Shown here: piece by piece, positions 1 through 12,984 of the stretch
Layout: every line of letters begins with the position of its first letter
Position numbering within the stretch: position 1 is the stretch's first letter
Source: Camelus dromedarius
Taxonomy: Eukaryota
Assembly (NCBI RefSeq): GCF_036321535.1
Contig: NC_087436.1
Span: forward strand, 119,290,001 to 119,354,000
Length of the DNA stretch: 64,000 nt
Reading direction: 5' to 3'
Notes under the pieces: model-generated
The model's database searches: none
The model's input: the letters and a program-made list of their open reading frames with translations, nothing else
What the model was told of the DNA's origin: nothing
Position numbers and translations under genes: made by a program

Positions 1-235
1 AATCAGGAGGTGTTAGAACAAAAGAACTTTGTTCTTTTTCAAGATTGTTTTCACTCTTTGAGGTCCCTTGAGATTCCATATGAATTTTAGGATGGATTTT
101 TCTATTTCTACAATAAATGTTGTTTGGCATTTAGGTTGCTTCCATGTCTTGGCTGCTGTAAATGGCTTGGCTTTTATGTGAATTGCACTGAAACTGTAGA
201 TCACTTTGGGTAGTATGATATCTTAACAGTATTAA
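1..235 (-). mobile_element. LINE-1 ORF2 fragment (fossil)
   Basis: ORF 13..204(-) reads [26 protein letters not shown], typical of mammalian L1 ORF2p downstream of the RT domain. Confidence 0.85.
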
Positions 236-269
236 AGATAAATGTGTTTTTTTTTATGGTATTTAGTTC

Positions 270-875
270 TGCAGCTGCTGTGAAAAACAGCTTGGCAGTT
301 CCTCAGAAAGGGAAACAGAATTGCAAGATGACTCAGCAATTCTACTCCTAGGTATGTATCCAAAAGAGCTGAAAGCAAGACCCAAACAAATAACTTGTAC
401 ACCCATGTTCAGCATTTTTCACAACAGCCAAAAAATGGAAGCAGCCCAGCTATCCATCATTAAATGAATAGGTAAACAAAACGTGGTCTGTCCATATGAT
501 GGAGTATTATTCAGCCGTAAAAAGGAATGGACTTCTGACGCATGCTACAACATGGATCTACCTTGAAAACGTCATGCTAAGTGAAATAAGCCAGACACAA
601 AAGAACAAATATGATTCTACTTACATGAGGTTCCTAGAATAGACAAATTCATGGAGGTAGAAAGTAGAATAAAGGCTACATGGAGTGAGGGGCAGGGAGG
701 AATGGGAAACTCTCAGCAGATCAGAGTTTTTGTTTGGGATGATGAAAAAAAGTTCTGGAACTAGATAATGGTGATGGTACACAACTTAATGCCCCTGAAT
801 CGTACACTTAAAATGGTTAAAATGATCAACTTTATGTTACATAACACAAACATGTTTTACTACTATAAAAAAAAG
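270..875 (+). mobile_element. Old LINE-1 (L1MA/L1MB-like) 3' end
   Basis: L1 3' motifs (aaaacagcttggcagttcctc, tggaagcagccc, catgctacaacatggat, atgctaagtgaaataagccagacacaaaag, acttaaaatggttaaaatg) ending in an A-tract at ~865-873. Confidence 0.85.
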
Positions 876-1221
876 TTTTAAAAGATGACATTTTGTCCCT
901 GATTACCAAAGTAATACAGCATTATAAAAGACTACTTGAAAATACAGAAAAACACACAGAATAAAATGTTTTAAAATCACCCTTTGAGAAATATTTTTGA
1001 AATGCAGGGAAAGGATGCAAAATGAAAATAGACACCATCTGTGGTAGCAAAGACCCGCCCATCAGGAGGAGAGCAGCTCAGTGAATTATGATTATGCACT
1101 CGGTAGATGCGCTTCCACACAGCAGTGAGCCATGAGGGCTGTATCCACGCTATGCGTGAAGTATGGAAAGGATACAAAAGTACTCACACAGTGTGTTTAA
1201 ACTCTATCAAGATGCACAGGT

Positions 1222-1365
1222 GGGGGAGTGTACAGCTCAAGTGGCAGAGCGCATGCTTAGCATCACAAGGTCCTGGGTTCAATCCTCTAAAAATAAATAA
1301 ATAAATAAACCTAATTACCCCCTCCATCAAAATAAATAAATAAGTAAATAAACAAATAAAATGTT
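1222..1365 (+). mobile_element. tRNA-Ala-derived camelid SINE (Vic-1-like)
   Basis: Head ggggagtgtacagctcaagtggcagagcgcatgcttagcat...gggttcaatcc has A box, AGC anticodon loop and B box. It is followed by (aaat)n, a cctaattacc block and an A-rich tail. Confidence 0.85.
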
Positions 1366-2571
1366 TAAAATGTGCATGGCATTGAAATGTTTTCAAAGTT
1401 TTTAATAGCTTGAAAAAAATTCAATCCATGATTGTAGGTGGAAAAGACTATGGAATTGTGTAAGAAAATGGTTACAATATTATGTATGATATAGTTATGA
1501 AAAATATAATGGCTTTTTTAAAAGACTGGAAGGAAATACACCAACATGTTTGGTGTGTTGTCTTTAAATTCCGGTACAAGGAGCCATTTTCCTTTCCTTT
1601 TTCATCCCCGCCTTTTTCTTTCTTTCTCTTTTAACATCTTTATCACAAGGAGGCTGTGTAGCTGTTATAATTTTTTAAAGTTTTTCTTAATCTTTTTTTT
1701 CTCCCATGAAAATCGAAAGCTCATCAAAATGCAAAATTGTGCTCCTGTTGGGTGAGATTAGAGGTGAATTTTTCCTCTTTTCCTTTTTCAAAATTTTTGA
1801 TTTGCTTTATTATATCACTGTTACAGTCAACTCTCTGTGCACGTAATTGTTAATACATCCAATGGGGCCACTTTCTTATCACCTTCCCACCACCCTGCCC
1901 CAAGCCCATTTCCAGATGGCCTGAGACCTAAGCTTATCTGGGAACCACAGTGTGGCAGTTGACAACTATCCTTTCTTGTTATTCTGAGTCAGCAAATCCC
2001 GGGCAGGGAACAAGGTGCACAGGTGAACCCAGCAGGCCTGACCTCCCCACATCTCCATGACTCAGTGGCTATAATCACCCATCTCCTTCCCAGCCTGGCC
2101 CTGCACAGAGCTGCCCCCAGGGTGGGGAGAGTGGACACAAGGAATGTCTATTTCCCCACAGGCTGGGAATCTCCTTCTCCACCCAGATGCATATTCCTGA
2201 AAACACTGTGGCCATGCAACTCTAATGAAACAGGAAGGCACCCTGCTGTCAATAATGTCACAGCTGAACAGGATCTGCCAGTTCGTCAGCCCCATGGCTT
2301 CCGGGTCAGGGGAGAAGACAAGGTTTGGGAGTCCTTTTAGGGCTGCGAACTCTGTTTCTCCCCATCAGGGACATTTCATTTAAGACTTTCATCTAGAGTC
2401 ACCATCGTTTCCTAAAAGAAAAAAACATTTAAGCATAGGAAGGACTAAACGTTTAAACACAGGAAGGTCTTAATCTCAGAACAGGGACAGTAATAAGAAA
2501 GGAGAGTTTTCAACAGCACATTGATGTTTCCAGAATTGTTTTAGAACAACATATCTCAAAAGTTTGTTTGA

Positions 2572-2869
2572 GAGACAGAGTCACAGATATAGAAAACAAA
2601 CTTATGGTTACCAGGGATGGGAGGGGGTGGGAAGGGATAAACTGGGAGTTCAGGATTTGCAGATACTGAAATATAAAATATATGTATATAAAATAGATAA
2701 ACAGCAAGGTCCTACTATAGAGCACAGGGAACTATATTCAATACCTTGTAATGGCCTATAGTGAAAAAGAACATGGAAAGGAATATCTATGTGTATGACT
2801 GAATCACTGTGCTGCACACCAGAAACGAACACAAAGCTGTAAATCAACTGTACTTCAATGAAAAAAAAA
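2572..2869 (+). mobile_element. 5'-truncated young LINE-1 3' end with TSD
   Basis: Cetartiodactyl-type L1 3'UTR (gaaaacaaacttatggttacc...acagggaactatattcaat...gtaaatcaactgtacttcaat) plus poly(A). TSD aaaagtttgtttga (2558-2571) / aaaggtttgtttga (2867-2880). Confidence 0.9.
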
Positions 2870-2880
2870 GGTTTGTTTGA

Positions 2881-3330
2881 AACAACCCAAATAGTCATCG
2901 CCAGATGAACAGGTAAACAAAATGTGGCGTAACCACACAATGGAATGTTATCCCATCATGAAAAGGAATGAAGTCCTGATCCATACGATGAGGTGGAAGA
3001 ACCTCAAAAACAGGACGCCAAGTGAAAGAAGCTGGACACAGAGGGTCACGCGGTGCATGATTCCGTTTACCTCAAGTGTCCAAAACAGGCGAATCGAGAG
3101 GAAGAGAAAGTAGACCGGTGGTTGCCAGGGGCTGGGGCAGGAGGAGTGGGGCGTGACTGCTGATGTGTACAAAGTTTCTTTTGAGGGTGATGAGAATGTT
3201 CCAGATCAGATAGAGGTGATGGTTGCACAACACTGTGAATGTACCAAAACACACTGAATTATATGCTGTACTGTAAAATGACACATTTCACGTTCTGTGA
3301 ATTCTATCTAAACAAAAAATAGTTTTAAAA
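2881..3330 (+). mobile_element. Old LINE-1 (L1MB-like) 3' end
   Basis: aacaacccaaat...aaacaaaatgtgg...aaaaggaatgaagt...gtggttgccaggggctgggg...gatggttgcacaacactgtgaatgtac. Confidence 0.8.
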
Positions 3331-6300
3331 AGTAAATGTAAGAAAAGACTTTGTGAATGGACTAAAATGACAAGCTTGAGTTATTTGTGACCCTCGTGGC
3401 CTGGGGTTGCCCGCCGTGGGGACCTGCTCCATGGACTGTATGCCAACCATGAGCTTGTTCTGCTCCGCTGCTCAGTGGGTTTTGTAGCTGTTGCAAATCC
3501 ATTGTCTGAGCTGTCACTGGTCGAGGGCTGCTGGGCGGGGTCAGCCCAGCCCTTCAGGTCTGCCCTGGACTTGGGTGGGGCCAGAATCACGGACCACGGC
3601 GGCTGCCCACTCAGAACGCTGCCGTCCACATCTGGACATCTTCGGCGGGGGCAAGGGGGGTGGGTGCTGCCCCTTGGGCAATGTCTGTGCTGCTGTCCTA
3701 GGAAGCCCCTTCTGTCTGCCCCTCCCCCAGTCCCCTGCACCCTGCTCTGTCCACCATGTTGTTGGGACTGGATTTTGGTGTTCACCGTGAACCAGAAGCC
3801 GAGTGTCACACCAGGACCAATGCGGGGAGCAGCCGAATCGCCCACCACAGAGATCTTTGGTACATGATCTGTGAGGGGCGGGGCCCCAGCTGCCCTCTGA
3901 GTTGTGCAGTCAATGCGGGGCGGGCAGAATCGGCTCTGAAGCAGGGGAAAGCCCACCCTGCCGAAGTTCTAGGAGGTTCCAGGACCCCGCCAGGCGCTGC
4001 AGGGGTGTTTGTGGACCCGGGGCACCGGCAGCCTCAGCGCACAGGGTCCAGGCATGGGCCTGCGTGCCTGGTCTACTCTCACCTCCAGGGCAGACCAGGA
4101 GCCCCTGGGGAGCCAACCATGTGTGCATGTGGCTGAGCCTGAGCGTCGGTCAGTGGTGGTGAGTATGTGTGTGTGTTTGAGAGCTGCGTATGCGTGAAGG
4201 GGTGTTGGTGGGCACGTGTGTGTTTGCTGGGCAGTGAGAGAGAGTGGATGAGTTGGCTACTGCTGGGACGAGGGAGGGGACTGCTGGTGGGCCGTAGGGG
4301 ACCTCCGGCCCAAGACTCTGTGTGCCCTGCAGGGCGGCCCGGCCCAGGGGGCCAGACTTGCTCTCTCCAGGCTGCCTCTCACAAGACTTCCCCTCCCTCC
4401 CTCCTCCTCTCACCGCCTCTCTCCCGCCCCATCCTGGGCACCCCTTCTCTCTTGCTCAGTCTCTGACCCTGTCTGTGGGCCTCCGTCTACCCATCTCTCC
4501 CTCTGTCTCTCTGTCTCTGTCTTTCTGACTCACCTCCCCTGTGAGGAAGGGCTGGCCCAGGCCCTGCCAGGCTTTCTGGCGGGCACCGCCCAGCTGCCCC
4601 CAGGAGCCCAGCCTTCCTTCCCGGTGCCTGCTTAGTCTGTTGAGTCCGGAGGCCTCTGTGAAGCTGTGTCTCCTCCTGTCTGACATGGCTCATTGTCACC
4701 CGTTTTATGAGGCCTGAATGAGTGCATTCAGGTGGACAGGCTGCACCAGGTGCAGACATGACAATTAAAGGGGGTGCCAGCAGCCGGCATGTCTGGCACC
4801 AGGGTGCCCAGGAGCGTGAACGAAAAGGGAGCTGCCTGGTCTGGACTCCCCCCGGGGGCCTGCCCAGCAAGCATGAGGGCTTAGAGAGCGGGGTGCCCAG
4901 ACCCACACCTACCCAGGCATGGCCATGTTGTCTGCTCACCCCCCGCCCCGCGCAGCCCTGTGCATGCCCTGGGCACACTGCGGTCACCACCCCATCTCTT
5001 GGATGGGAAGACTGAGGCTCAGAGGTCAATGGACAGCCTGAGGCCACAGGGCACAGTAAAGACTCCGGCTGCCGGGCCTTCCCTGCCCTCGGGCCATCTA
5101 GACTGAGGAGAGCCCCACTCACCTCCCGAGTGAGAAGAGGGCCTGGTAGCCGGGGGCCTGTCCACCCTTCAGTCACCACAGAGTCCCTGACGCTTCCACT
5201 ACCAGCCTAAGAGTTTCGACTAAGTCACTTCCCAGGGCCGCGTTTTCTCCCTGAGAAGAATTCTGAGTCTGACATGAAGACGGTCAAGCACTCTCCACCC
5301 CGTTTCACTCACTCACTCACTCACTCTGTGAACACTTGCTGGGCGCTCCCAACCCCAGGCCTGCGCTGGGCCCTGAGAACCAACAGCAAACTTGCGAAGT
5401 GGTCTGAGGGGCAGAAGCCCAGGCCGCCGGGCCCTCACGGCCCCGCCAGAGACCGCCTCCTTGTCTGGCCCCTCCCCTACCTCCAGCCCTCCTGCCTTGA
5501 GCTTCAGTGGAGGATGCTGGCTGCGGCTGTGCGTCCGTCTGTCTCTCCTGGCCTGTGGCCTGCGCGGGCCCAGCACGGGGCCTGCCCACAGCAGCGGCTG
5601 AACAGTGCTGTTTGTATAAGGGGATGACGACAGCGTCTTTTATGTGAAACGCCCTATAAACAGCGAGGGTTCATGCACGGGTGAGGGGTTATGACACTTA
5701 GCCCTTCAGGCTGGCTGGGCGCAGGGCAGGGGGAAGGAGGGCTCAGCAGGGCCAGGGATGGCGTCAGGAGGCCAGGGCAGCGACCTGGATCGGTCCACGA
5801 GGACGCTGCTTCTGACTTTGGAGCTGCCCCGGCTGGGCCCTGCCCTCCTGGGGTGACCGTGGCCTTTCCTGGAGGCCGCCCACCCCCACTGCAGAGTTCA
5901 CAGGCAGGGAAACCGGGGTTCAGAGAAGTGACTTGCCTGGACCCACAGCTGCCCAGCTGCAGAGCTGGAAATCAAATCCAGTTGGGTCTGATTTCTCCCA
6001 TGGATTGCAGCAGCCTCCCGTGGGTCACGCGTACTGAAGGAGGAGCTACAGAAGCAACCACAAGGAGCTTCTGCTTTCCCGTGCACTGCCTCCAACACCG
6101 GCTCCCCGGGAGCTCACTGCAGAGCGGCGGGGAAACTGAGGCTCAGAGTAGCCACATGCCTTGGCCAGGCCCCTCCTAGTGGGAAGGGGCCGAGCCAGCC
6201 CACGCCAGGCTGGGCCCGGTTCCTGGGTGGAGCCGTGTCGGGACAGCTGGGCGGGGATGGGGCTCCCACCCACTGCGGGCCTGGAGGCAGCCATCTCGCT

Positions 6301-7139
6301 CCCCTCAGCCAGCTGGCCAGCCATGACTGCCTACAGACTCACTGGGTGGCCTGGACATGGGTGGGGCGGGAGCCACAGCCCCAGGGAGGCCAGGGAGGCC
6401 AGCCCAGCCACACTCGCGTTCAGCCCGCCCTCCCTCTTCTGCCCCGGCTGCGTGTCCCAGCTGGGTTCGCGTGCAAGGCCGCCAGGGTCCATCCCACTCT
6501 GACCTGTTTTCCTGGCAGCTGCTGTCAGGGTTGGGTCAGGCCAGCCCTGGATGTCCTGCCAAGGTAGAGGTGGCCGTGGGGTCAGATGCAGCAGCCTCTG
6601 CCCTCCCTGCCTTTGCCCATACCACCCTTCCATGGCTGAGAAATCTTTCTCCTCTTGGCCCTTGTGTCAAACTCCCACCCAGCTGTCACAACCCGGCTGG
6701 AATAGCACCGCCTCCAGGAAGCTTCTGGGGTCCCCCTGATGGAATTTGTCTGGCTGTCCTGGCCCTTCTACATTGTCATTGTGTGTTTAACCGTCTCTCT
6801 GGCCACCCTGGCTACAGCAGAGGTCCCCGGCCCTGTCCAGGGGGGCTCGACTTCCTCTTTTTCCTAGGTGAGGGGGTCACTTTAAATCAGGGCACATGGG
6901 GGTATTGGGGCTCCAGACTGAAGGGTGTGTCAAGCAAAGACAGGGAGCTATGGAGATGTCCAGTCAGATCCAGGGATTCAATGGCCACTTCAAGGTGGGG
7001 AGGAAGCCTGGCGGCAATCACATAGCCCAAAATCCAAGAGCCTCTGCCCTGATGGCCCTGCTCTGCCCAGTAGTTCAGCTGACCCACTAGGATGATCAAT
7101 TTCCTTTAATCAGCAAATATCATACATACTCTACTGGGC

Positions 7140-7580
7140 CTGGTTCACTTACCCTCACTGCAGCTGTGCAAGGAGAGTAATACTATTGTACCCATTTTAC
7201 AGATGTGGCAACTGGGGGGGGGCACAGAGTGGTGAGGACGCTTGCTCAAGGTCACACTGCTCTTACATGGCAGAACTGGGATTGAAACTCTAGCTATCTG
7301 GGGCAAGAGTCCACGTACTGCCCTGGCTCCTTCACAGAAAGCTCTTTGCTCATCCCCGGGGACCAACTACCCTTGGAAATCAGAACCCAGAGTGAGCAAG
7401 GCCAGTGTGGGGCCAGGAGCACTGGTGTTGAGTCCAACAGATCTCCCCTGGTCCAGCCTCCTGCTGGCTGTATGGGCTTAGGCAAGTTACTTAACCTCTC
7501 TGGGCCTCGGGTGTCTCCATTCTGGAGTAAGACTGGGACAATACAATACATTTGGCATGTACTGAGCACCTGCTGTGTGC
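7140..7580. mobile_element. MIR SINE pair (opposite orientations)
   Basis: cccattttacagatg...caaggtcacac at ~7190-7260; ggcaagttacttaacctctctgggcctcggtgtctccat at ~7480-7520. Confidence 0.7.
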
Positions 7581-8954
7581 CAGGCCCTGTTCCAAAACCC
7601 ACGAACAGAGCCATCATCAGGGCAGCAACACTGACTCACAGCACGGTGGTGGAGACCACCCCAGACTGGTGTGGGAGTCCCTTGTACACGGCAGCCGGGA
7701 CAAACGCCTTCTTCTAACTGTGCGCAGCTCTGTTTAATGCTCCACTGGGCCCTACTGATAATGCCGGAGGATAATGAGAATTTGGGAAATGCACCATCGG
7801 GTGGGGGCGGAGGCAGTGCATAAGCAAAGGCAAGGTGGCCGGGATGGGTGGACAGGACAGGACAGCCCAGGACCTGCTGTAGGCGCTGTGCCGGAGGCCC
7901 TGGGGCTAGAGTGTCCGCTCTGTGTCCCTGGGGTGGGTGAGATGACAAATGACAGTGTCAGGCTGGCATCCCTGGGCATGTCCCTCAGGGCAGGAGCCCC
8001 TGGTCTGACAGCCTCCGCATGAGTGCCCCGGCCTGTCAGCAGACCAAATGCACCTGCCTGGCTGGGCCCAAAGCAGAAACACACAGGAGTCCCAGCTGAG
8101 AACATCTGTCTTTGGTTTTTAGAATCACTTTCTCTCTGAATGTAAAGCTGATACTTGTTTGCTGTCAAAACAAAGTTGGAAAAGCTAGAAAGACACCAAA
8201 CTTATGTGAAAAATCACATACTCACCTGATCTGCCCGCCTCCCAGAGACTAACCTTGGTAACATGTTGGCGAACAGCCCCCGGATGTTTTCTGTGCCCTT
8301 TTCAACACGGGTGGGCTCAGGCTGCACCTGGAATTTTGTGATCAGCCCTTTCCACTTGACAGATAACATAACATCATCCAAAATCATCCCTGTTTCTTTC
8401 CGACTACCAAATTATGATCTGCTCATTGTGAAAACAAACAGATGAAGTAATTACAGAGATTTGGAACAGAGAAAGTCTGGGGGAAAAGAAAGTGAAAGCA
8501 CCCCACAGTCTCCGGCCCAGAGGTGACTGCCCCGACGTCACTGTGGAGAGCTGTGTAAACTCCCCCACGAGTGTAGACCAGCTGAGGCGTTAAGAGTGTG
8601 GGCTGCAGGATCAGGTGGGCTGGGTTCAAATTCTGTCTCCACAGGCAACTCGTTCACTGATCTCTCTGGGCCTGGTTTTCTATAAAGTGGAATTGATCAG
8701 AGAGACCTACCCCATAAAGGCACTGGAGGAATTAACGAATGAATGAAAAGCATTTCCATAAATGAGTGAAAACAGGTAAGAGCCTAGACCACAGTAAGTG
8801 CTCAGTCAGTGTCAGGTTGTGCAGGAAACACTCAAAAGATACTGCAGTGCAGTGTCACGGCATGCGAGGTGATGGCTATGCATCCGTAACCCATTTCATC
8901 CTCCCCAGAACCCCGCGAAGTCAGTGCCTTTGTTATGCGAATTTCACAGATGGC

Positions 8955-9450
8955 TGAGGAAGGGCAAGTATCCGAGCAGCACTACTCACAAAAGTCAGCA
9001 GGTGGAAACAGCCCTGATGTCCGATAAACAGAACGTGGTCTGTTCATACACTGGAATGTTACTCAGTCATTGCAAGGAACGCAGCTCTGACACACGGGAC
9101 AACACGGATGAACTTGGAAGACAGGACGCTCAGTGAAAAAAGCCAGTCACCAAAGACCACGTGCTTTGTGATTCCATTTTTATGAAATGCCCAGGAAAGG
9201 CAAATCCTTAGACACAGAACACAGATAGGTGGCCGCCAGGGGCTGGGGGAGAGGGGAAGGGGGAGTGACCGCTTCATGGGTACAAGTCTCCCGTGGTGGT
9301 GACGAAAATGTTTTGGAACCAATTGGAGGGGGCAGTTACAGATTGTGCATGTACTAAATGCCACTAAATAAGGACACTTTAGTTAATTTTGTGTTACATG
9401 AATTTCACCTCCGTTTTTAAAAACAAAGGAAAAAAAAGAAAGAAGAAAGG
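8955..9450 (+). mobile_element. Old LINE-1 (L1MB-like) 3' end within a MIR
   Basis: cagtgaaaaaagccagtcaccaaagaccac...gattccatttttatgaaatg...gtactaaatgccact...tgaatttcacctc plus A-rich tail. MIR halves flank it (acagatggctgagg / tgacttgcccagg). Confidence 0.75.
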
Positions 9451-9713
9451 CCAATGACTTGCCCAGGCTCAGGGTCTCCAGCCAGTGATAGTCAAAGCAG
9501 GCGCAATGACTGCCCCACACTGCAGAGCCCTTGTTCAAGAATTGCACGCATCACTGTGACCCCAATTTGCAGAAGTGGAGTCACAGGGTCAGAGATGCAA
9601 CGTGACGCATTTGGGGACGGAGCCTCGCCCTATGTGGGCACCTGGGCGGGCAGGAGGGAGGGTCACCAGCCTGAATCCTGAAAGCCTGGTCGGTGCAGTT
9701 GATCCCAGAGCCC

Positions 9714-9733
9714 GGGGGGGGGGGGGGGGGGGG
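9714..9733 (+). repeat. Poly-G tract (G20)
   Basis: 20 consecutive G read directly from the sequence. Confidence 0.9.
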
Positions 9734-10406
9734 CGTGGAGGGCGACCTTGCCCTCTGGCCTGCACTTTCCAGCTAAGCCGGGGCTTTCAACACTCGCCTC
9801 CTGCCGGCCTGGGTTCTGTTGAATCTTGCTCTCTTCCAGAAACCAGGGCTGGAGGACAGTGTGGCCTCCCTCTGGCCCCAGAGCCTCACGTGGTTGATCA
9901 GGGCGCGGAACTGCCTCTGGTCGCCGCACGGACTCAGAACCTCGCTGTGCTTTTCTGAGCCTGTCTCCCCATCTGAAAACGGAGGCAACAGTAACTCAAC
10001 CACAGGGAAGTTTCACCGGGAGCCAGGCACTTCTGATAAAAGCAGTGGGAAATGTCTAGTCACTTGCCCCACCCCAGGGACACACCAGGCTGCTTTTTGC
10101 AGCACCTTGCAAAAGCTGATTATGGACGAAGAAACATGTCCAAGAGACATTAAGCGAAAAGAGCAAGCACATCGGTGGGGCTGGCCCCTAGGGAACACTC
10201 AACAAGTGGAAGCTATTCTTATTGTTTCTTTGGGCTTGTCATGTTTTGCCCAAGTCGGTTTCCACACACATAGAAAATTCTGGAAGGCTACACAAGAAAC
10301 TGGGGACACTGCTTAGTTCTTTCCAGGGATGAGCAGGGAAGAAGACTTTTCACCTAACACCTTTCTGTTCTCTTGAAAATTTTCATCAGGAACATGTATT
10401 AATTTT

Positions 10407-10571
10407 CTTTTTTACTTTTAAATTTTTTATTTATATTTTTAAAAATTTTGTTAGAGTGTAGGTAATTAGGCTTATATATATATTTTTTTTTTGATGGAGA
10501 TACCGGGGGTTGAACCCAGGACCTCATGCGTGCTAGGCAGGCACTCTACCACTGAGCTATACCCTCCCCCC
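10407..10571 (-). mobile_element. Vic-1-like camelid SINE
   Basis: Reverse-complement tRNA-Ala head (gttgaacccaggacctc...ctctaccactgagctataccctcccc), gtaattagg block and T-rich tail. Flanking direct repeat ggaacatg (10389-10396 / 10573-10580). Confidence 0.85.
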
Positions 10572-12984
10572 GGGAACATGGAATACTTTTATGTTAAGAT
10601 GGTTTAAAATAAAATTATACTCTGAAATTTAAAAATGTTAGTTATTGTTGCCCTCTCAATTAACAGAAGAGGAACATGGCACCCAGAACTCACCTCCTCT
10701 AGGAAGTCCTCCTGATACCCAGGCACGCTGCCTCTCAGCCCCAGGAGGATCCCACTGCCTGTCACTGTCTGTTTCCTTGGCTGCCTCTCCCATGAAACTG
10801 GGAGTGCTTGTAGGGAAGGGCCTGTTGACTCACCCGAGTCCCCAGGGCCTCGCACACAGCTGAGTGAAGGAATGAAGCTCAGAAAGGTTAAGCCACCTGT
10901 CTGAGATGACACAGTAAGTGGTTTTGCAGGGCGAGACGCAGGTCTCTGGACTCGGATTCTACCACCCCCACTGCATCCCCAATTCTCCAGGGCAGGCCCC
11001 ACCCTCCAGGTTGCAGGAACACGGTTCCTGCCCACTCGCCGTAAGTTTCCAAAAGAGGCCACCTGGGAATTGTCCCAATAGCTGCCAGCCTTCAGGCGGC
11101 TGCTCTGGTATTTGGGGTTTGGGAGGAAAGGTTGCTCAGGCCCAGGAGGCAGCGGGGACGCCCCAGGCGTGGGAAGTGCCTGGTAGCCCTCCAGGCAGGG
11201 CCACCGGGAAAGCCACAAACACCCGGGCGGCTTGTCCTCCTACGCTGTCTTACCTGACGCTTCAAAACGGAGATCTCCGCCGTCGAAGTTTAGGCACGAA
11301 ATTTTCTTATATGGCAGAGGCCCCGCCAGGCAGAACAGGGGCCACTGCCTGGGCCATTTTGCTGATGAGAAAACTGAGGATGGGAGAGGTTTCAGGCCTC
11401 ACTCAAGATCACGGAGTTGTATGTAGAAGAGCCAAGCATCAGGTGGACCCTTCGGAGTATAGAACGTGGCTGTGTGCACACGGGTGCCTTGTGCTCGACG
11501 TGGCTTGGGGTCAGGCTGCCTGGGTCCCTAGTCCCTCCTGACTCACAGGCTACCTGAGGATTAGATACAGAAGGCGTTCAGGTCAGGGCCTGGCACAGGG
11601 CAAGACTGTGGCTGTCGGTGCTTTGCAGGGATGGATTTTCAGGGTGTGTATGTCCTTTACTGGTGACCTTCCCAACGTCTGCCCACTTGCCCTTTGGGAA
11701 AAATCAACAGCTCTCTCCCCCATCGCAGCAAGAGTTGGGACCAGGCTTCAGAACTGCCTAGGAGAGGAGAGGGCCTCCAGGAGCTCCACCCATCTCATGG
11801 GCAGCACGTGGCCTGGCTGCAACCCTTTCGCCCAGCTGGCGAGCCAGCCTGCCCGTCCAAAGGCCAACGGCCAGCCTGTGGCCCAGCAGCGCTGCCCGTG
11901 TGCCGGGCCTGTCCAGAGCAGGCTGACTGCGGCCCCGCTCTGCGCTTAGCAGATGTGTTCTCGGCTGACACCGTGGCAAGCATCATCCGGTGCCGTAAAA
12001 CCAAGGAGCGGGAAGCATATGTCACAGTCTTATATGAAGGGACTTCAGGAAAATGAGCTCATCCTCCTCCGGTCTCCTTTTAAAGAGCTATCCTTCAAGT
12101 CATGACCTCAAAACTTTTTTGCTCACATAAGCCTTAAAAATTTGGGGGAGGAACCCCTGACGTACTCCCTGGTGTATTTTTAAGTTGACCCTCTCGGGTT
12201 TTCATCCTAAATTCACATAGCTGCAACTTCCCAAGTGTTGACAATACTGACATTTTGAAATATAATGGTTACATCACTCTTTTAATTAGAACCAATGGAA
12301 TCTAAATTCCATAGCAATTTGATACCCACTATCATCCACTTACAAATTTGTGAGCAAGCTCTTTGACAATCAAACTTAGTTTGTTTCTTTGCTTCTGTGG
12401 CTTTATATTTCCATTCTTCTCCCCTCAGAATTTTGTCCTAATTTAATAAAATATACTTTTGTGCTTAAGGTATTTTACTGTTGTGCAATCATTATTTTCT
12501 CTAACAAAAATCCTTACATAAATTGAAATTAATATCCTTTGACTCCAAGGCTCTATGAGCTTAAAAAACTTACTTGTGGGTTAAGTTATCATTACCAAAA
12601 TACTTGGTAAAAAATGTCTTCTGTTATCCATTTCAATACATAGTTATTGAACATAAAAGTAAAAATTCACTTGAAATTCGTTAATACCACCAATAGAGCT
12701 CGCTGAACTGGCTCATGGCGTCTACAGATGAGTAGTGCTTATAGATAATGAGACGTGGTTTAAGGTAGTTTTATTCCTCTTTTTTGTATTTATAGATAAT
12801 AAGCATGGAAATAATTCATCCATATAAATAAGTCTATGGAAGGGAAGAAATTTTGTTATAGAAATGTCACTTAATTCTTTGGGGGGTTTTTTTCCTTGCC
12901 TTTCTCCTGTACAACTATTCATTTTATTTATTGAAATAACTATTATTTTCAGCTTTCCAGTGTCCTGCTATTTTAAGTCTGGGT

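Noticed and set aside
3381..7025. ORFs of 130-230 aa on both strands
   Set aside because: GC-rich intergenic DNA with mutually overlapping frames, no protein family resemblance and no exon structure.
12722..12922. Possible domesticated hAT gene
   Set aside because: Multiple stops and frameshifts plus L1/SINE interruption; no intact reading frame.
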